From Gnetum montanum (taxonomy: Eukaryota > Plantae > Gnetophyta): 64,000 nt of DNA. A program made the translations under genes and the position numbers. Shown one piece after another: positions 13,229-27,285 of this stretch. A model generated the notes under the pieces. That model had not been told where the DNA came from. It saw only the letters and a program-made list of their open reading frames with translations, and did no database searches. Location: NCBI GenBank assembly GCA_015680685.1, contig MNCI01001825.1, forward strand, positions 1,349,876 through 1,413,875. Reading direction: 5' to 3'. Within the stretch, counting starts at the first letter, position 1, and each line of letters starts with the position of its first letter.

Positions 13229-13941
13229 ACCACTGCTTGATTTCTGTGACCAAATCTATCTTCCCCATAGAAAATGTTACAAGTTAAAAGCCTTTTCATG
13301 ATTTTTTTTAGCTAAAACCTTTAAAAATAAATGCTATCCTTTCTTCCTTATGATCAAAATTGTATCATGGAAGTTGCAAGTGGTTGGATGGTGACTTTTC
13401 ATAGTAATTATTTTGAAATTTTCAACCTAAAGATAGCATTGAAACCTTTCTCTTTTTTTCTTTTTGCTACTAATTTTTTCTAGTTTTCAAAGTCGGTGAT
13501 GCAACCCTTCTAGAAACCATCAAACTTTCGAAAGTTAGCTTCCCCCCATCTTTCCTTACTAAGAAAATATGTAGCCTATCAAAAACAATGTAAGTGGAAA
13601 AACACCAACTTTCCACTTTGGTTTTCAGCCTTTCTCCCTCACTAAGGTTGGATTAGAAGGCATGAGATTTCCATCATCTCACCTCCTTCTTTCCCCCACC
13701 CTACTATACCTAGCATAGAGACTATTGGAAGGCTAGCATGGGTAAGGCTTAGTACCAACTTTTCCAACTTTCTATTTTTGGTAATGGGGTAAACCCAGCT
13801 AACGCCCCACTTACTAATTATAGAAAGTGCTTCATTTTCAGCCATTTTTTTTCTTTGACCACTTTTCAATTTTACTTATTGGAATTTACTTCTATTTTTA
13901 CCTTTTATAGCCTACCTTAAGCCATTTTTAGTAATATAGTC

Positions 13942-16900
13942 ATGTCTCTCCCACTATCGACCGAGTTACCTTATAACTACACCGACAGTGGGTCAACTCA
14001 ATAACACATGAGGGTTTATGATCCCAAAGATCCTACCATAGTGGAATGTAGGTGTAGGTAACCTCCTAGACTTATAAGAGAAAGCCTTGGTTTTGTGGTA
14101 ATAAATGAAGAACATTATAACTTCACTTATGTCAAGATCCAAGCTGGCATGCTAATCCCACAAGTGGAAGTAGAGGCCAAGAGGGAATTCAAACTCATCC
14201 ATCACAATGGAAAGGAGTATATTCCCTTCCCCTATGATCAAATGTCCCTCAATGACATCTATGCTAGCATCCTAGCCCTTCTCATTGAGGTTGATAAAAA
14301 TAACCCAAAGGGTACATCCAAGGGGCAACTAGAGGAGGATGGTGAATTTGGGATGAAGTCTAAACTTGAAAACCTTGGGGAACTTTTTCAAAAATGGACC
14401 TCAAAGGCCATGGTGCCCACCTCTACCTCATTTGCCTCTTCCTCTGGACACAACCCACTACCTTATTTCCCATTATACCCTACCATGTTTGGACCTATGC
14501 CAACCATTACTAAACATCAAGAATAATTAGTATCACAGCCAACCATATTTCACTTCTCCATGCTCCTTGCTATCCAACCTAGGTAAGTTCAACTAACAAT
14601 AGTAGCTACTACCCATGGACCAGCCATGTGGAATCCACCATGGAAGTGTAAGCAACTCAAGGATCACACCTCCCCTTTATCCTATTTATGCCTTAGGTAT
14701 TGGGACAAACATCCTTCTCCTTATTTGGCCCACAAGCTACAACCATAGCGTAATCATTTCCTTCTATCCTTCAACCCATAGTGAGGTCACAAGCCTCAAA
14801 AAAACTATCATAATCATATGTGCAAGTGCTATAGAAAATTGGACTACCACAAGGCCTAGATTGAGTCTTCTATATGATCTAGGACCTCACAAAGGAGATA
14901 AATAGGCTTAAAGCCTCTACTTCCTGAAGTGTCAAGATTATGGACTTCTACCACAATGATTCCATTAGTCCTATGGTCCTACCCTGAAGTGTCCCTATTT
15001 TCCAATTTATCAAATACAATGAATAAGTTAACCCTAATGATCATCTTATAACCTTCAGATCCAAATTCTTATTCTTATAGCCATGGCCTCATACCAGCAT
15101 GAGGATTTTCCCTATGTTCTTGATTGGGAAAGCACTTGATTGGTACCCTACACTACCTAGAGGATCCATATCCTCTGTAGAGGACTTCATAGCCTAGTAT
15201 ATCAACCACTTTAAGTATAAATTAAAGCCCAATACCATGCTTGACCAACTCATGAAGGTCAAGCAAGGATCCTCAGAACTTGTGCAAAAATTCATTCAAT
15301 GGTGGAATGGACTATTGAATGAAATACCAGAATCCATAGTTGAGGCCCACCTTTTATGCATATTCAACGGTATGGTAAATGACTTTATCAAGTTCAAGCT
15401 TTTCTACCTTGACTAGTGGTTTCTTAGCAAGGGGTTTTCAAAAAACAAGAATATAGAGGATGTTGTGAAGGCTAGTTATGATCTAGCCTATGTAGCATAT
15501 AAAAATTAACATACATAAAGAGAAAAAGAGAAAAAAAAATATGACCATAGCAATTTTAACCAAAGAAGCAAAGACCACAAACTAGGGACCAAGGGCCAAC
15601 CCACCCAAGGGCCTCACTAATAATCATGATAACCAAGCATCAACCTCTGAGGCCATTGCATTGACAACAACCAAACCCAACTTCAAAAGGAAGGACAAGT
15701 CTAAGTATACTACCTTACCTCTAAAGCCATCTAAGTTATTAGACCATCTACTAAAGAATGGATGTATTCAATACAAATAGATATCTGAAGCTTCTAAAAA
15801 GAAGCATGATAGGCTCCATGAAATAGTCAAAGACCCCACTAGAGCAACAAAAGATGATCCAAAATTACCTAAGTACTTCAAGTTAGACCACTATCATTAT
15901 CATCAATTGCCTATTCATGACACAGAATTCTTCCTCATACTAAAGGATGACATGCAAAGGATGATAGATAAGGGGGAGCTAGTCCTAAATGCTTCTAACC
16001 CAATCCAACCACAAAGTTAGTTGATGCAATTTTACAAAGATATGTTGAATGCTAATGACAATGCTTACATTATTTTAGCATTCAACATTGATGATGATCA
16101 GAGATCCTCAAAAGAACCATTCATGATTCAAGTATCCCCTTATAATGAAAGGGCTTATTTAGCTTCCATCAACTTAAGATCACCCTTTGTCATACGAGTA
16201 TCATCACAAGTGCCTTTGAGGGATGATTTTGTCATCAAGGTGTCCCTACCTAACACAACTCAACTAGTCATAGCTCAACCAACTATACAATGACCTCTTG
16301 TAGTGGCCAATGCTATTGCCTCTTCCTCACAACCAATAGTTGAGAACCAGAAGACCTCAAGTAAGCAAAGCAAGAAGCATAAGAAAATGCCCAATAACAA
16401 GGGTGACAAAAAGAAAAAGGCATAAAAGAAAGTAGGTCCACTAAAGCCCACTCCCATATTGACTCTGCCCATGACCTCCTTTTCTTGGTCCTCTTCAACT
16501 AACAAGCCATAGTAGGATCCTAAAGCCCATAACCAGAAGAATGAGAAAAAGCCTCAACAATCACAACCTAAAGATGAAGTTTGCATTTTGGGATGCATGA
16601 AGGAAGTAAAGCACAAATAGGGATGAAAAGCCCATGGGCAATGATAAAAAATTTCTCAGTGTGATGGACCAAGTTAGGCAATTCCTCAATTAGAAGAATA
16701 CAACTCTAAGATTGTATGACTTGATCATGACTTCCACCACACATTGTGAGGCACTAGTCAAAATGTTGAATTTCATCTTCGTTAGTGAGGACATCCTCAT
16801 TAACAAGGAATCCATCCATGTAGTGATGGTTCCTCCCTTAGAAAGGGAGGGGAAGTTAACACCCCTAGTATTTTTCAATAGGAAAATCATGGTTAATCCC

Positions 16901-17560
16901 CAAAATTACAAAGTAACTAGAGCTCCTCTATTCATAACCATATGTGTAGGGCAGTTTAAAGTGTATTGGGTACATGTTGATGATGGAGCTACAACTAACA
17001 TCATCCCATGCATCATTGCTGAATGTTTGGATCTAACTAAGCAAATTAGCTTTTCTCAAGTCTTTTAACATATCTAAGGTTGTGCTCAAGAGGTTCATCT
17101 CTTTAGATTTTATGGCAGGGAAGAAATTCCCCATAACCACTAATTTCTTGGTGGTGGTGGAGACACTAGCATTCAACCTTACCCTGGGAAGATCATGGTG
17201 GAATCAATTACGGGTTGTGTCCATACCCATCCATTAAGAAATTCACCTTGCTTACAAGGGAGGTGAAATCATCATCATGGCGATAGTGTGGTTTCCCTTG
17301 CTATTAACAATGTGAACATAGAGTAGTGGTTTGAAGTGGAGCTTTAAGAAGAAGCTTCCAGTCACAAAGTGCATTAACCCAAAAGAGAGCAACAATCCAA
17401 TGATAACAACAATAAGCAATAGGATGCACTATAAGATGAACTCCCTTTCAACATCATTAGTGAAGGTGATGGTGAATATAAGCTTGTGTAGAGTAGGCCT
17501 TACTCATTCCCGAATCTTTCAAAGATTAGGAAAAATCTACACAAGTGAAGTGCACTGTAA
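13942..17560 (+). pseudogene. gag: TatA gag-protease
   Basis: Gag core (WYPTLPRGSISSVEDF, FKY, VKQG), an Ogre-like His/Cys knuckle region (HYHQLPIHDTE..LKDDMQRMIDKG), and protease VHVDDGATTNII ... LGRSW. Collinear with TatB gag-PR. Confidence 0.8.
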
Positions 17561-17799
17561 CCTTTCTATCCCATGTCCTTATAACCAAATGCATTGATAG
17601 CCATGTAGCCTAATTTTTTATAATTTTTTACATACTTTGTTTTACTATTTATGTATGTAGCCTAAGTTTCTACTTTTATTTGCATTTTTATTTAGTACAA
17701 CCTTTCTTTTTCTTTACTTTTACTCATGTTATAGACATCAAAAAAAGCCTTAAAAAATTTAAAATGTAAAATCATAAAAAATATAAGATTTTTTTCAAC

Positions 17800-18030
17800 A
17801 TGGCCTACTATGGTCTTAAATAGGCATCATAGCCCTCTATGGCCTTGAACTAGCATCATGGCCCACTATGACCTTAAACTAGCATCATAGTCCACTAAGA
17901 CTTTAAACTAGTAACATAGCCTACCATGGCCTAAAACTAGCAAAGTAACTACAACATAACATGACCTATCATGGACTTAAACTAGCAAAACAATACAACG
18001 TATGCCTGCCATGGCCTAAAACTGGCAAAT
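17800..18030 (+). repeat. Degenerate tandem array (~30-40 bp units), core CTAYGGCCTTAAACTAGCA
   Basis: About 7 copies, for example CCACTATGACCTTAAACTAGCA and CTACCATGGCCTAAAACTAGCA. Confidence 0.8.
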
Positions 18031-18329
18031 GCCTCTTTTATTATAATTTTTTCCTTTAGCCTATTATCACATCCATTAGCCATCTAATTCTATAATCAAA
18101 ATTGTCAATATAGCCAGTCACAACATTTATAACATTTATAATATTTACTAGAATAACATATATAGCCAAAATAAAACCAAAAATTTAAATTTCAAGTATC
18201 CATAACATACATAGCCATGGCCACACTATGTGGCAAAAATGTCAAAAAATAATAATAACCATCTATGACATAGTCTTGGCTAACAATAGCCATTAACATG
18301 AAAATAAAAGTAACATAGCCAAAAAACTA

Positions 18330-21300
18330 AAAATGGATAAATGAAGGATGATAAAAGGCATTCGAAGGAGAAAGTGAGGGATCATCTACACTCTTATTAC
18401 TAGGACCGCCAATGTCTCTTGAGGCCTAAAATACAAAAACACATTGCCAATTAGTAACCAATAGCAGAAATCATAACATAAAATAAAAACTAAAACATAA
18501 AATGCATCTAACCTATGGGGATTATGGCTCCATAACTTCCAAGGTAGATATGAAAGGCCTTCCTCCAAGTGATGGAGGAGCTAGTCCTCCTTCATTATTG
18601 ATACAACTAACATTTTTAAGATCAACATTAGAAAGGATGCCACTCCTATCTACCATGGTCCAAGTAGATGCTCCTAGGCCATATCAATCATAGAAGTCTT
18701 GCTTGCACTAGTACTGACCTAAAGAGTAGGAGATTACTCCACCATGAGAGTACTCTCAAATAGTTGATAAGCACTCTCCATCTATATCCCTTGGATGAAT
18801 AGCTATCTCTTATACCATTCAACCAAGTCCTCCTTGAGCCACTTGAGACAAGTCCCATGATCTACCTTATATTATCACTTGTGCACATTGTTTTTCTACC
18901 CCACTCTAGGATCCAAGCATAGTGATCTTTTCAATCCTTCACCTTCTTGGAGGTGAGGTCCGTTTGCATTTGGTGTTTTGCCATCTCTCATAAAACCATT
19001 GCTTTGTCCTGAATGGTATGCTAGTAGCAAGCCCACATGATTTCCTTGGTCTACAATTCCCTTGAGCTAGCCACTTGGGCTTTCACAATGGCCTTGTGGT
19101 CTTGGAGATCTTTAATCACCTCTTCCTGCCATTAAGTCTTCTCCCATAAGGTCACAACTTCCTCCCATAAGGATTCATTGGACCTCTCTAGCTCCCATGA
19201 AGTTTTTGTGCATGATATTACTAGATCAATAGCAGTCTCATACAATTTCAAGGATATAGTAGATACGTTAGAGGGAAGCTTATGTAAGGATTTAATCTCA
19301 TGTCTCCATTGGGGTGCATAACAAAAAATATGACCATAAAGATAATGCAATCATAACACAAACATAGTCTATAACATAGCCAAATGAGCATAGAAAATAG
19401 AGTACTTACCTATCTTTGGTGTAACTTGTTGATGATGTCCTTAGCCATCCCATGCATGAATCCCACCTTATCTAGAGTCTCTATCCATGGTTTCACATGA
19501 AACTTAGGGATAGGGGCTTACACTAGTGGCTTAGAAACTACTATAGGCATAACAATCATCAAATGGTTAAGGTGAAAATCAAAATTAAACAATAAGATAT
19601 ATCAAAAGCATTAAGGCATGGGCATACCAAGCTCCTCCTTTGCTTGTTGTATAGTGATGATGGGGGGATGTACCTAGTACCACCTCATCAAAAAAATCAT
19701 CTAGATCATATATGTCTACCTTAGGTTTCTTTAGGAGCACTTCTTCCACATGCCTTTATTATTCTTTTGCAATAACTTTGGCTACCATGATGTGATGCTT
19801 GTCTACAACCATAGCACATAGAAAACCAAGTAATACATGCAACCATAACATAGCCATGAACTTTAAAAGAGCTAAACATAGATAAATCATACCTATGACT
19901 ACTTGCTATGATGGCTTAAGCTTAATCATAAGCTTCTTTGGGGTGGGTTGGTCTGATGCTAGTGGTGCTTCCTCCATGGGCCTCTTAAGTTTATCTCTAG
20001 CTACCACTTTGGCCTCCCTACATAATTGTTTGGCCTCCAAGATGCTTGCTAGAAATGTGAGAGGCTCTTAGTAATTCATGCTATTAGGGGACTTGCACTG
20101 CCTACCATCAAGATCCTTTGTGATAAATGTGCTTTATTCATTGGATAAATGTGCTTTATCCAAGGCTTACAAAGTTGACTTGGATATTGGGAAATCTATC
20201 ATCCATTTCCTATACACCACTAGAAACTTTGCAAACATCTTTAAATAACTTGCAAAAAATGTAAATTTCATGTGAATTATTGTAGAGGTATTCACGTAGA
20301 GTCTAAGGATATCCTCCTGAAGCCTAATAGCCAAAGAAACTATCCAGTTGAACCTAGTGCCATCCATTAGGACCTTCTTAAAGGTCCATACCTATGTAAT
20401 GTCAATCATCTTCTTTTGCGATAATAGTTTGGGAAATGCATGACACCTAAACAAAGGATATGATTCCTTTCCATCAGGGTTTGTAGAGCCATCCATGGAA
20501 ATTTTGGAGTGGCCCATGTTGAGACTGAGCTACTTCAAAACTTCCTTATCATGGCTTGATTCCTTCACTACCTTTGTGGGCATCTTTTCCCCATTAGTAG
20601 GGACATCAAAAAAGTTGCAAAATAGGTCCTCATCAATGTTCATGTTAACCTTCATGCCCCAAATGGTGGTGCTAAATTGACCAACCTCCTCATCAAAGGA
20701 GTCAATGACATGAAGCATATCCATAGCTGGGATGGAAAGGATAGGTTCCATAAATACATCAAGCAAATCCACATGTTTAATGTTTGCTTGAATGTACCCA
20801 AGCACCTATCCCCTCAACCATTCCCATGCTAGTATCACCTTACCAAACTTCAACATAAGCGTATCCTCATGACATACTTCTAAAAGTGGAATGGTGACAT
20901 TAGTAGAGGTGGAAGGTCCTGAAAAGCAAAAAAAAAAAAAAAAAAAAACATTTGACATCAACATAGGCATGTCTAATAACTAGTTGAAGTAATAGAATAC
21001 TTAGAGTTTTAATAAACATAAAACATTAGAAGCTATCTATCACCTTTATGTTTACCTTTATTCTTCTTCTTCAGTGTGGTTTGAGCAAAGGTCCCAACTA
21101 CAAGGGTCTGATCCATGGAGTTATTAGAATCTACTCACAATTGTTTATCATCCCATAATCGTTACACTTTCCTCTTAATTATTGATACACAATAGTTCTA
21201 ATTTGGGAGCCCTTGGTGAATTAGTCTAGTTTGAGCCACTACCAAGGTTTGATCATTAATCATCAAGCCTTAATCATTGACATCATACCTATAAGAAGTT

Positions 21301-21800
21301 CATAAAACCAATAGAGTTAGGAAAAGTAGTTTAGCCAATAAAGCCATAGAAACACTATAACAACTATGCTTACCCTTGTATATGATACATGGTGTTAGGT
21401 GAGCTTTGGAACAATGTGTGGACCTTATTTACCATCATCAAAGTATTGTTAAAAATATAATGACTAAACTCTGGCATTATCCAGATCTTCATAAGGTAAC
21501 ATGGGCTAATCACATTTCCAATTCCCCCTGATGTATTAGGAGGTGGATTATTAGTAATGAACCTAGCAATTAGGCTAGATGATCAAGGTAATAGGATCTC
21601 CACTTTAGCCCCAGCCAAATCCATAGACAAGTGTGACCACAGCATCACACTAAAGTTCTATAGAATGTAGACAAAAAATACCCTTGCCCAGGATAAAACC
21701 ATAGTGAAACCTTTTCCAAAGGCATGTCAGGGAACAAGGTGTTGGCCTTGCAATGTCTAATATAACATAAAATGCCCACTAACTCCATAATGATGAGGAT
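18330..21800 (-). pseudogene. Spliced antisense extra gene of TatA (at least 7 exons); plant-mobile-domain-like core plus coiled-coil
   Basis: Six introns on the minus strand: 21373-21289, 21055-20919, 19892-19803, 19627-19541, 19409-19318 (acceptor decayed to AT) and 18512-18426. Phases join the exons in frame. Includes ORFs 20530-20805, 20167-20367 (FNWIVSLAIRLQE...FFASYL) and 19132-19350. Confidence 0.75.
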
Positions 21801-22566
21801 GGGCTTCAAGTAGATGATACATGAAGTAAAGTAAAAAATTATGACTAGTTAGAATTTCATAACAAGTTTGGAAAAACATCCTAGTTAGGGGTGAAATTAG
21901 CCCCTATAAAAAGCTCTAAGGTGTTTATTCAAATTTTCTTAAGAAATTCCACAAAAATCATTATTACAACCTTTCGTAGCCTTTTACTTCATAACCAAGA
22001 TATTATAGCCAAGAATCCATAACCAAAATCAAGCCTTAATTCAAACCATGCATAAGCATAGGAGAGAAAAAGCATTAAAACTTAGAAGAAAATATAGCCA
22101 TAGAAAAAACCTTGCTAAAAATAGTAAAATTCTTTACTTTTCTTTAAAAAATTTAAAACATAGGTTTTACATATTGATAAGAAAAACTACACATATCACT
22201 CACATCCATCCCAAAAGAGGTAAAGTAATACAACCAAGGTTTAACCTTATTCACATAGTTTAGCCAAAAAATTCATTAAAAATTCATATGAGCTACAATT
22301 TTAGTGATTCCAACATGGAAGGAATCCTAAAATCACAAGCTTCATAGCCATGACCATTAAAACTAGAGATATATAACCATTTTCACATGAAACATAGACA
22401 AATCCCCCACATTGCTTGGATTCCATGGTAGGCTCAACAATGGGAATGGTTGGAAATTGAATAGGATGGAGGTTCAATGCTAGCTACAAGGAAGATTGGC
22501 AGCTTCCACACTGAGAATTGATGTTGTTTGCTCAAAAAAATCTCTACATGAGCTCTCTAGCATTGT

Positions 22567-22575
22567 TCTATATAT
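22567..22575 (-). promoter_or_regulatory. Candidate TATA box of the antisense gene
   Basis: The minus strand reads CATATATAG upstream of the antisense exons. Confidence 0.4.
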
Positions 22576-23899
22576 GTGGAATGGTAATTGTGATTAAAAC
22601 TTTTGACATTTGGCATTAAAAACTCAAACAAAACCTAAACGCTCACCTCGAAATCCTAGTTTCCCGTTTAGTGAATTATAACTCCAAGTTCACTAAAGTG
22701 CAAGGGGGAAAAATCTATTCCACACTAAAATTGCTAGGAAATATCTTCACTTTTCAAATTTTCAAACTTTTAGGTTGTTAACCCAACTATACATCCTCAC
22801 TCTTAGCCTAAAAATTGCATCAACACTGGGTTTTAATCCCTTAAACACTTTAAAAATAAACCAAGCCTTAACTCCTTCAGGCTAGCCTACTCACGCTTGG
22901 CTTGACTTACCCATACTAAGCCTAGTTACTCATGTTGTTAGCTTGCTCATGTTATCAGCTTACTCATGCTTGAGCCAGTTTGCACATGCTCAATTTACAC
23001 ATGTCCAGCTTACTCACACTCTAGCTTGCTCACACTTTGATAACTCACGTTGGGTTGTAACTCACGCTCTACTTGCTACAATAACCTTACGCTACTACAG
23101 TGTTTTGCGGTTGCTACAATACTCACGTTGGGTTCTAACTCACGCTTATGCTGTGTACACATGTTTCCATACTCACGCTCCACTTGCTACAGTAACCTTA
23201 TGCTGCTATAGTGTTTTGTAGTTGCTATAGTACTCATGCTGCTACAGTACCACTGCAGTGTTTTTTCAACAAAAACACACAAAACGCATCCATTTCAAAG
23301 TCGAATTCACCGCAATTCATACCTAACTTCAAGCTGGTCTAAGTACTGACTACCACCAACATGGTTCACCTTGTCCAATACATATAACACAATGATTCCA
23401 AGATGACTTTCTCTTACTCGAGATTTCCATCCAAGTACGAATATGAGTTCATGGCCCTACTTGAACCCGACTGCCCTTGGGGCCTTGCCTCCTCACAACA
23501 ATCACAACACTTGGAGCACATGCCCAAGGCATTCGCTTCATAATCTACACACACTGGGGCCTAGCCCCAAATAATCCAAACACCTTTTACATACAACGGG
23601 GCCCAACCCCAAGCAACATAAGTACCTTATGCCTACACTGGGGTCATGCCCTAACTTCCCCAACCTTAATCCAACATTTACGCAGGTGCCACATGTGTCA
23701 TGCCTATTTCACCAATGCCTTAGGCAACTGCTCATCATCTGTCTAGGATGATGTTAAACTATCCATGGCCCGGTATGGCCTTAAACTACCAACACATGTT
23801 CGGTATGATGTTAAACTACCAACAACTATTTGCCATGACATTAAACTCACAAAGCTGACAAACAGTGATCCAACCCTTCATCGCACAACCTACGTGAGT

Positions 23900-26600
23900 C
23901 TAGTCAACACAACTGGCTGGTGAATCTACGAGTTGGGAACAAGTGTCCCAACTCATCCAAACTCTAATAGAGGAAATCAACCAGCTTAAGGCTGCCTCCT
24001 CAGACACACCCAAGGTGGTGGACTTTTACTATGATGATTTGATCTGTCCTACTGTCCCACCCCTTATAATACCCATGGGCTATTCATTGCCACATCTAAC
24101 AAAATACAATGGTCATAGTGACCCCAATGAACATATCATCACATTCTGCATAGAAGCCATCATGTTGCACTCCTAGCCACATGCCATTGTACGCCTCTTT
24201 CCCCTGTTGCTCACTGGCAAAGCTCTAGACTAGTACCACACCCTACCCCGAGCTTCCATCACATCCCTCAAGGACCTCATACACTAGTTTATGACACACT
24301 TCAAATATAACATCAGACTTGAAGTGACAATCAACAAGCTCCTCCACGTCAGACAAGGACCCCTGGAGCCCATACTACCCTTCCTCCAGTGATGGAGTGC
24401 CACAGCCAATGAAATTCATGAGCCGATCGCAGAGACACATCTCTTGGCAATCTTCAAGGGTGCAGTCAATGACTTCATCAAGTCCAAACTACTCTACCAA
24501 GCCCCAAAATCTCTTACCCAGGCCTTTGACCAAGCAAGGGGCATTGAAGAGGCAACAAGAGCAAGGAATGACCCAGCTTATGTGGCCTACAGAAACCAAC
24601 ATGCTCGCAAGAAAAACACAATAGTAGAAATGGTGGCTGCAAGCACAAAAGCAACCAATTGGGGCCCAATAGCTAAGCAAAAAAAAGCCTCAGCTAATAG
24701 AATCGCCAACTTTGGCATCAACTCACCTACATTGGCAAGGGCCACCAGAAGTCCAACTTTTAGTGCAATGACCACTGAAAGTATACACTGCTACCAATGC
24801 AACCCTTTGAACTACCGGAGCAACTCTTGAAAGCCAGGAAAATCCAACACAAACATGTGTCGGTGATTACCTACCAAAAACATGATACGTATTGTCAACT
24901 ACTAAGGAACTCCACATTAGCAGTACCAAATGAGCCGTTGGTCCCACAACATTTTAAATTGGACCAATACTGTCATTACCATCAATTGGCTGGTCATAGT
25001 ATAGACAACTGTCATGCTTTGCAAGATGACCTGCAGAGAATGATAGAACAAGGCTAATTGGTGATCAACATGGCGAGTCAATCCAACACAAACAATGCCT
25101 CCTATGTCATAAAATCAATTAGCATAGGTGGCAAGCCCAAACCTGTGCAACAACCTTTTGTGATCCATGTGCCTCCTAACAAGGCAAAGATCCTCGTAGC
25201 CTCCACAAGCAAGAGGCCTCCTTTTATTTTCAAAGTGCCACCTCAGGCACCCACAACACCCTTTTTGGTCAAGGTTCCACAGCAATCGTCCACTAAGACA
25301 TTAAACTGGCATGACGTAGCAACAAAAACCACTAAGCAACCTTTCATCATCAAGGTGCCACAATGAGTTAGTTACACAAAAGCTTCTAAAACAACTCCTA
25401 AGTCACATTTAGCATAAGGATGTCACAATGTGGTGGCCACTCACCTACCCGAAGCCCAATAATGGGCAACATCTCGATCCCTCCTCCAAAGGTTGATCCC
25501 ACTAGCAACCTAGGTAGGTGCACCAAATGGCAATGCAAGAGGATAAATGAGCACCTCGCAACTCCCATGGCCGAAGCAAAGGTCACAACCAGTAAAAAAC
25601 AACTGAACACTAGGACCCCTACCCCTAAGTAGCCCAAGCAAACCAAGCCCAAGTCCCCTTCTCGAGAGATCTATCTTTCAAGCCACATGGAGGAAGTCAA
25701 GGCCAACACAACGGCTAATGACAAGGACTTTATAGCTGCACTATCCCAGGTGAAGGAAATGCTCAAGAAAAAGAACATGACATTGAGCATGTACAACCTG
25801 GTCATGACCTCATCTACTCATTGCCAAGCATTGGCCTAGATCTTGGCCTTCATTCCTATTGTGGAGGATATCCCTGCAGATGAGGCATCCATTTATGCAA
25901 CGATGTTCCCTCCTACATCACAAGAATTGAGTTCAACATCCCTAGTGTTCCATGACAATGCAGTCAAATTTAACCCCAAATAAGGGGAGGTCACTACAGC
26001 CCCACTATCCATTAGCATTCATATTGGGCAGTGTACCATCCGCAAAGTGCACATAGATGATGGTGCAGCAACAAACGTAGTCTTGTACTCCATCATCAAC
26101 AAGCTAGGCTTAGCAAATGAAATCAAGCCAACCAAAACCACGTGTCTAAAATCCTTCAACGGATCACATGTCATAGTCAGGGGTACAATCAACTTAGCCT
26201 TTGTGGTAGGAGAGAAATTCTCCACTAGTGCAGATTTCACTATCATAGAGGAGATGGCAAGTTTTAACATGATTCTAGGTAGGCCTTGGCTAGCCCAACT
26301 AAGGGCCATCTCCTCTCCCATCCACCAAGAAATCCACCTTCCATACAAAGGTGGTCAAGTTATCATCCATGGTGATAACGTTTCCTCTTCAACTATCCAC
26401 GACATAGACATAGTGCAAGTTTTGGAAGAAGAGTTTCTTGGTGGTACACCTATGGTAACCAACACAACGCCTAAGGCTAACACACCTGAATGAGTGGTTG
26501 AAGCCAACAGCTCCCCAAAGGATCCTAAGCCTTGCATGCTCCCTAATCCATGCTTGGTTAGGAAGAAACTACATGACCAATACTTTCCCTTGGCCAAAAG
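23900..26600 (+). pseudogene. gag: TatB gag-protease
   Basis: KYNGHSDPNEHIITF, YCHYHQLAGHSIDNCHALQDDLQRMIEQG, and HIDDGAATNVV...FNMILGRPWLAQLRAISSPIHQ. Confidence 0.85.
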
Positions 26601-26940
26601 TGTGGGTGCCTACCTACCCTTTGCCTCCACTTGCCATGCATTTTAACTTTTGTTTACATTGCACTAGTGTATGCGTTTACATTTTGGCTACTCACTTAGA
26701 TCATGCATTTCACTTTGTTTACACATTCGTCAACTTAGTTTATACATTGTTTAAAAAACATAAAACTACAAAAACACATAGCTTGGAACGGCCTAAAACT
26801 ACCACTTTTTGCATTGCTTTTCTTTTTACGATAGGTGTTGCTTGATGTTGTTTTCTTTCTAGTTGATTTTTTCAAGATCTTATAGATACATAGCATGACC
26901 ATGCATGCAGCATCACACCTTACACAAGCAAGGTAAGCAC

Positions 26941-27285
26941 CAATCTACTATGACTATAAACTAGCACAGACAGTCCGCTATGACTATAAACTGGCACAGA
27001 TAGTCCACTATGACTATAAACTAGTACAGAGTATCCTGGAGTCATGATAGTAAACTGACACCATAGAGCTCCATCTGCTATGACACTAAACTACCATATT
27101 TGTCTTCCATCACATAAAACTAGCATCCAGAGTCCACTAAGACTATAAACTGGTTTGCCTCTTCACAGTCCGCTACGACTATAAACTAGCACTGCACGGT
27201 TTGCTATGACACTAAACTGGCACTGTCCAAAGGGTTATGACATGAAACTAACCCACAATAGTTTGCTAAGACTATAAACTAGTGA
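26941..27285 (+). repeat. Tandem array of ~30-bp units (CAGTCCGCTATGACTATAAACTRGCACAGA)
   Basis: The first three units have an exact 30-bp period; about 11 units in total. Confidence 0.85.

Noticed and set aside
20928-20948. A21 run as a retroposed poly(A) tail
   Set aside because: There is no TSD or upstream SINE/LINE body. On the minus strand it is the polypyrimidine tract directly before the acceptor GCTTTTCAG of the 137-nt intron.
18330-21800. Antisense spliced gene as an ordinary host gene into which the elements inserted
   Set aside because: It lies between paired LTRs and between PR and RT of one element, is bracketed by that element's repeats, and shows the same decay. Ancient capture from a host gene remains possible.
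26941-27285. CRISPR-like appearance of ~30-bp repeats (also 17800-18030 and 45510-45736)
   Set aside because: The units are degenerate tandem repeats without unique spacers of constant length, there are no cas genes, and the context is a eukaryotic retrotransposon.
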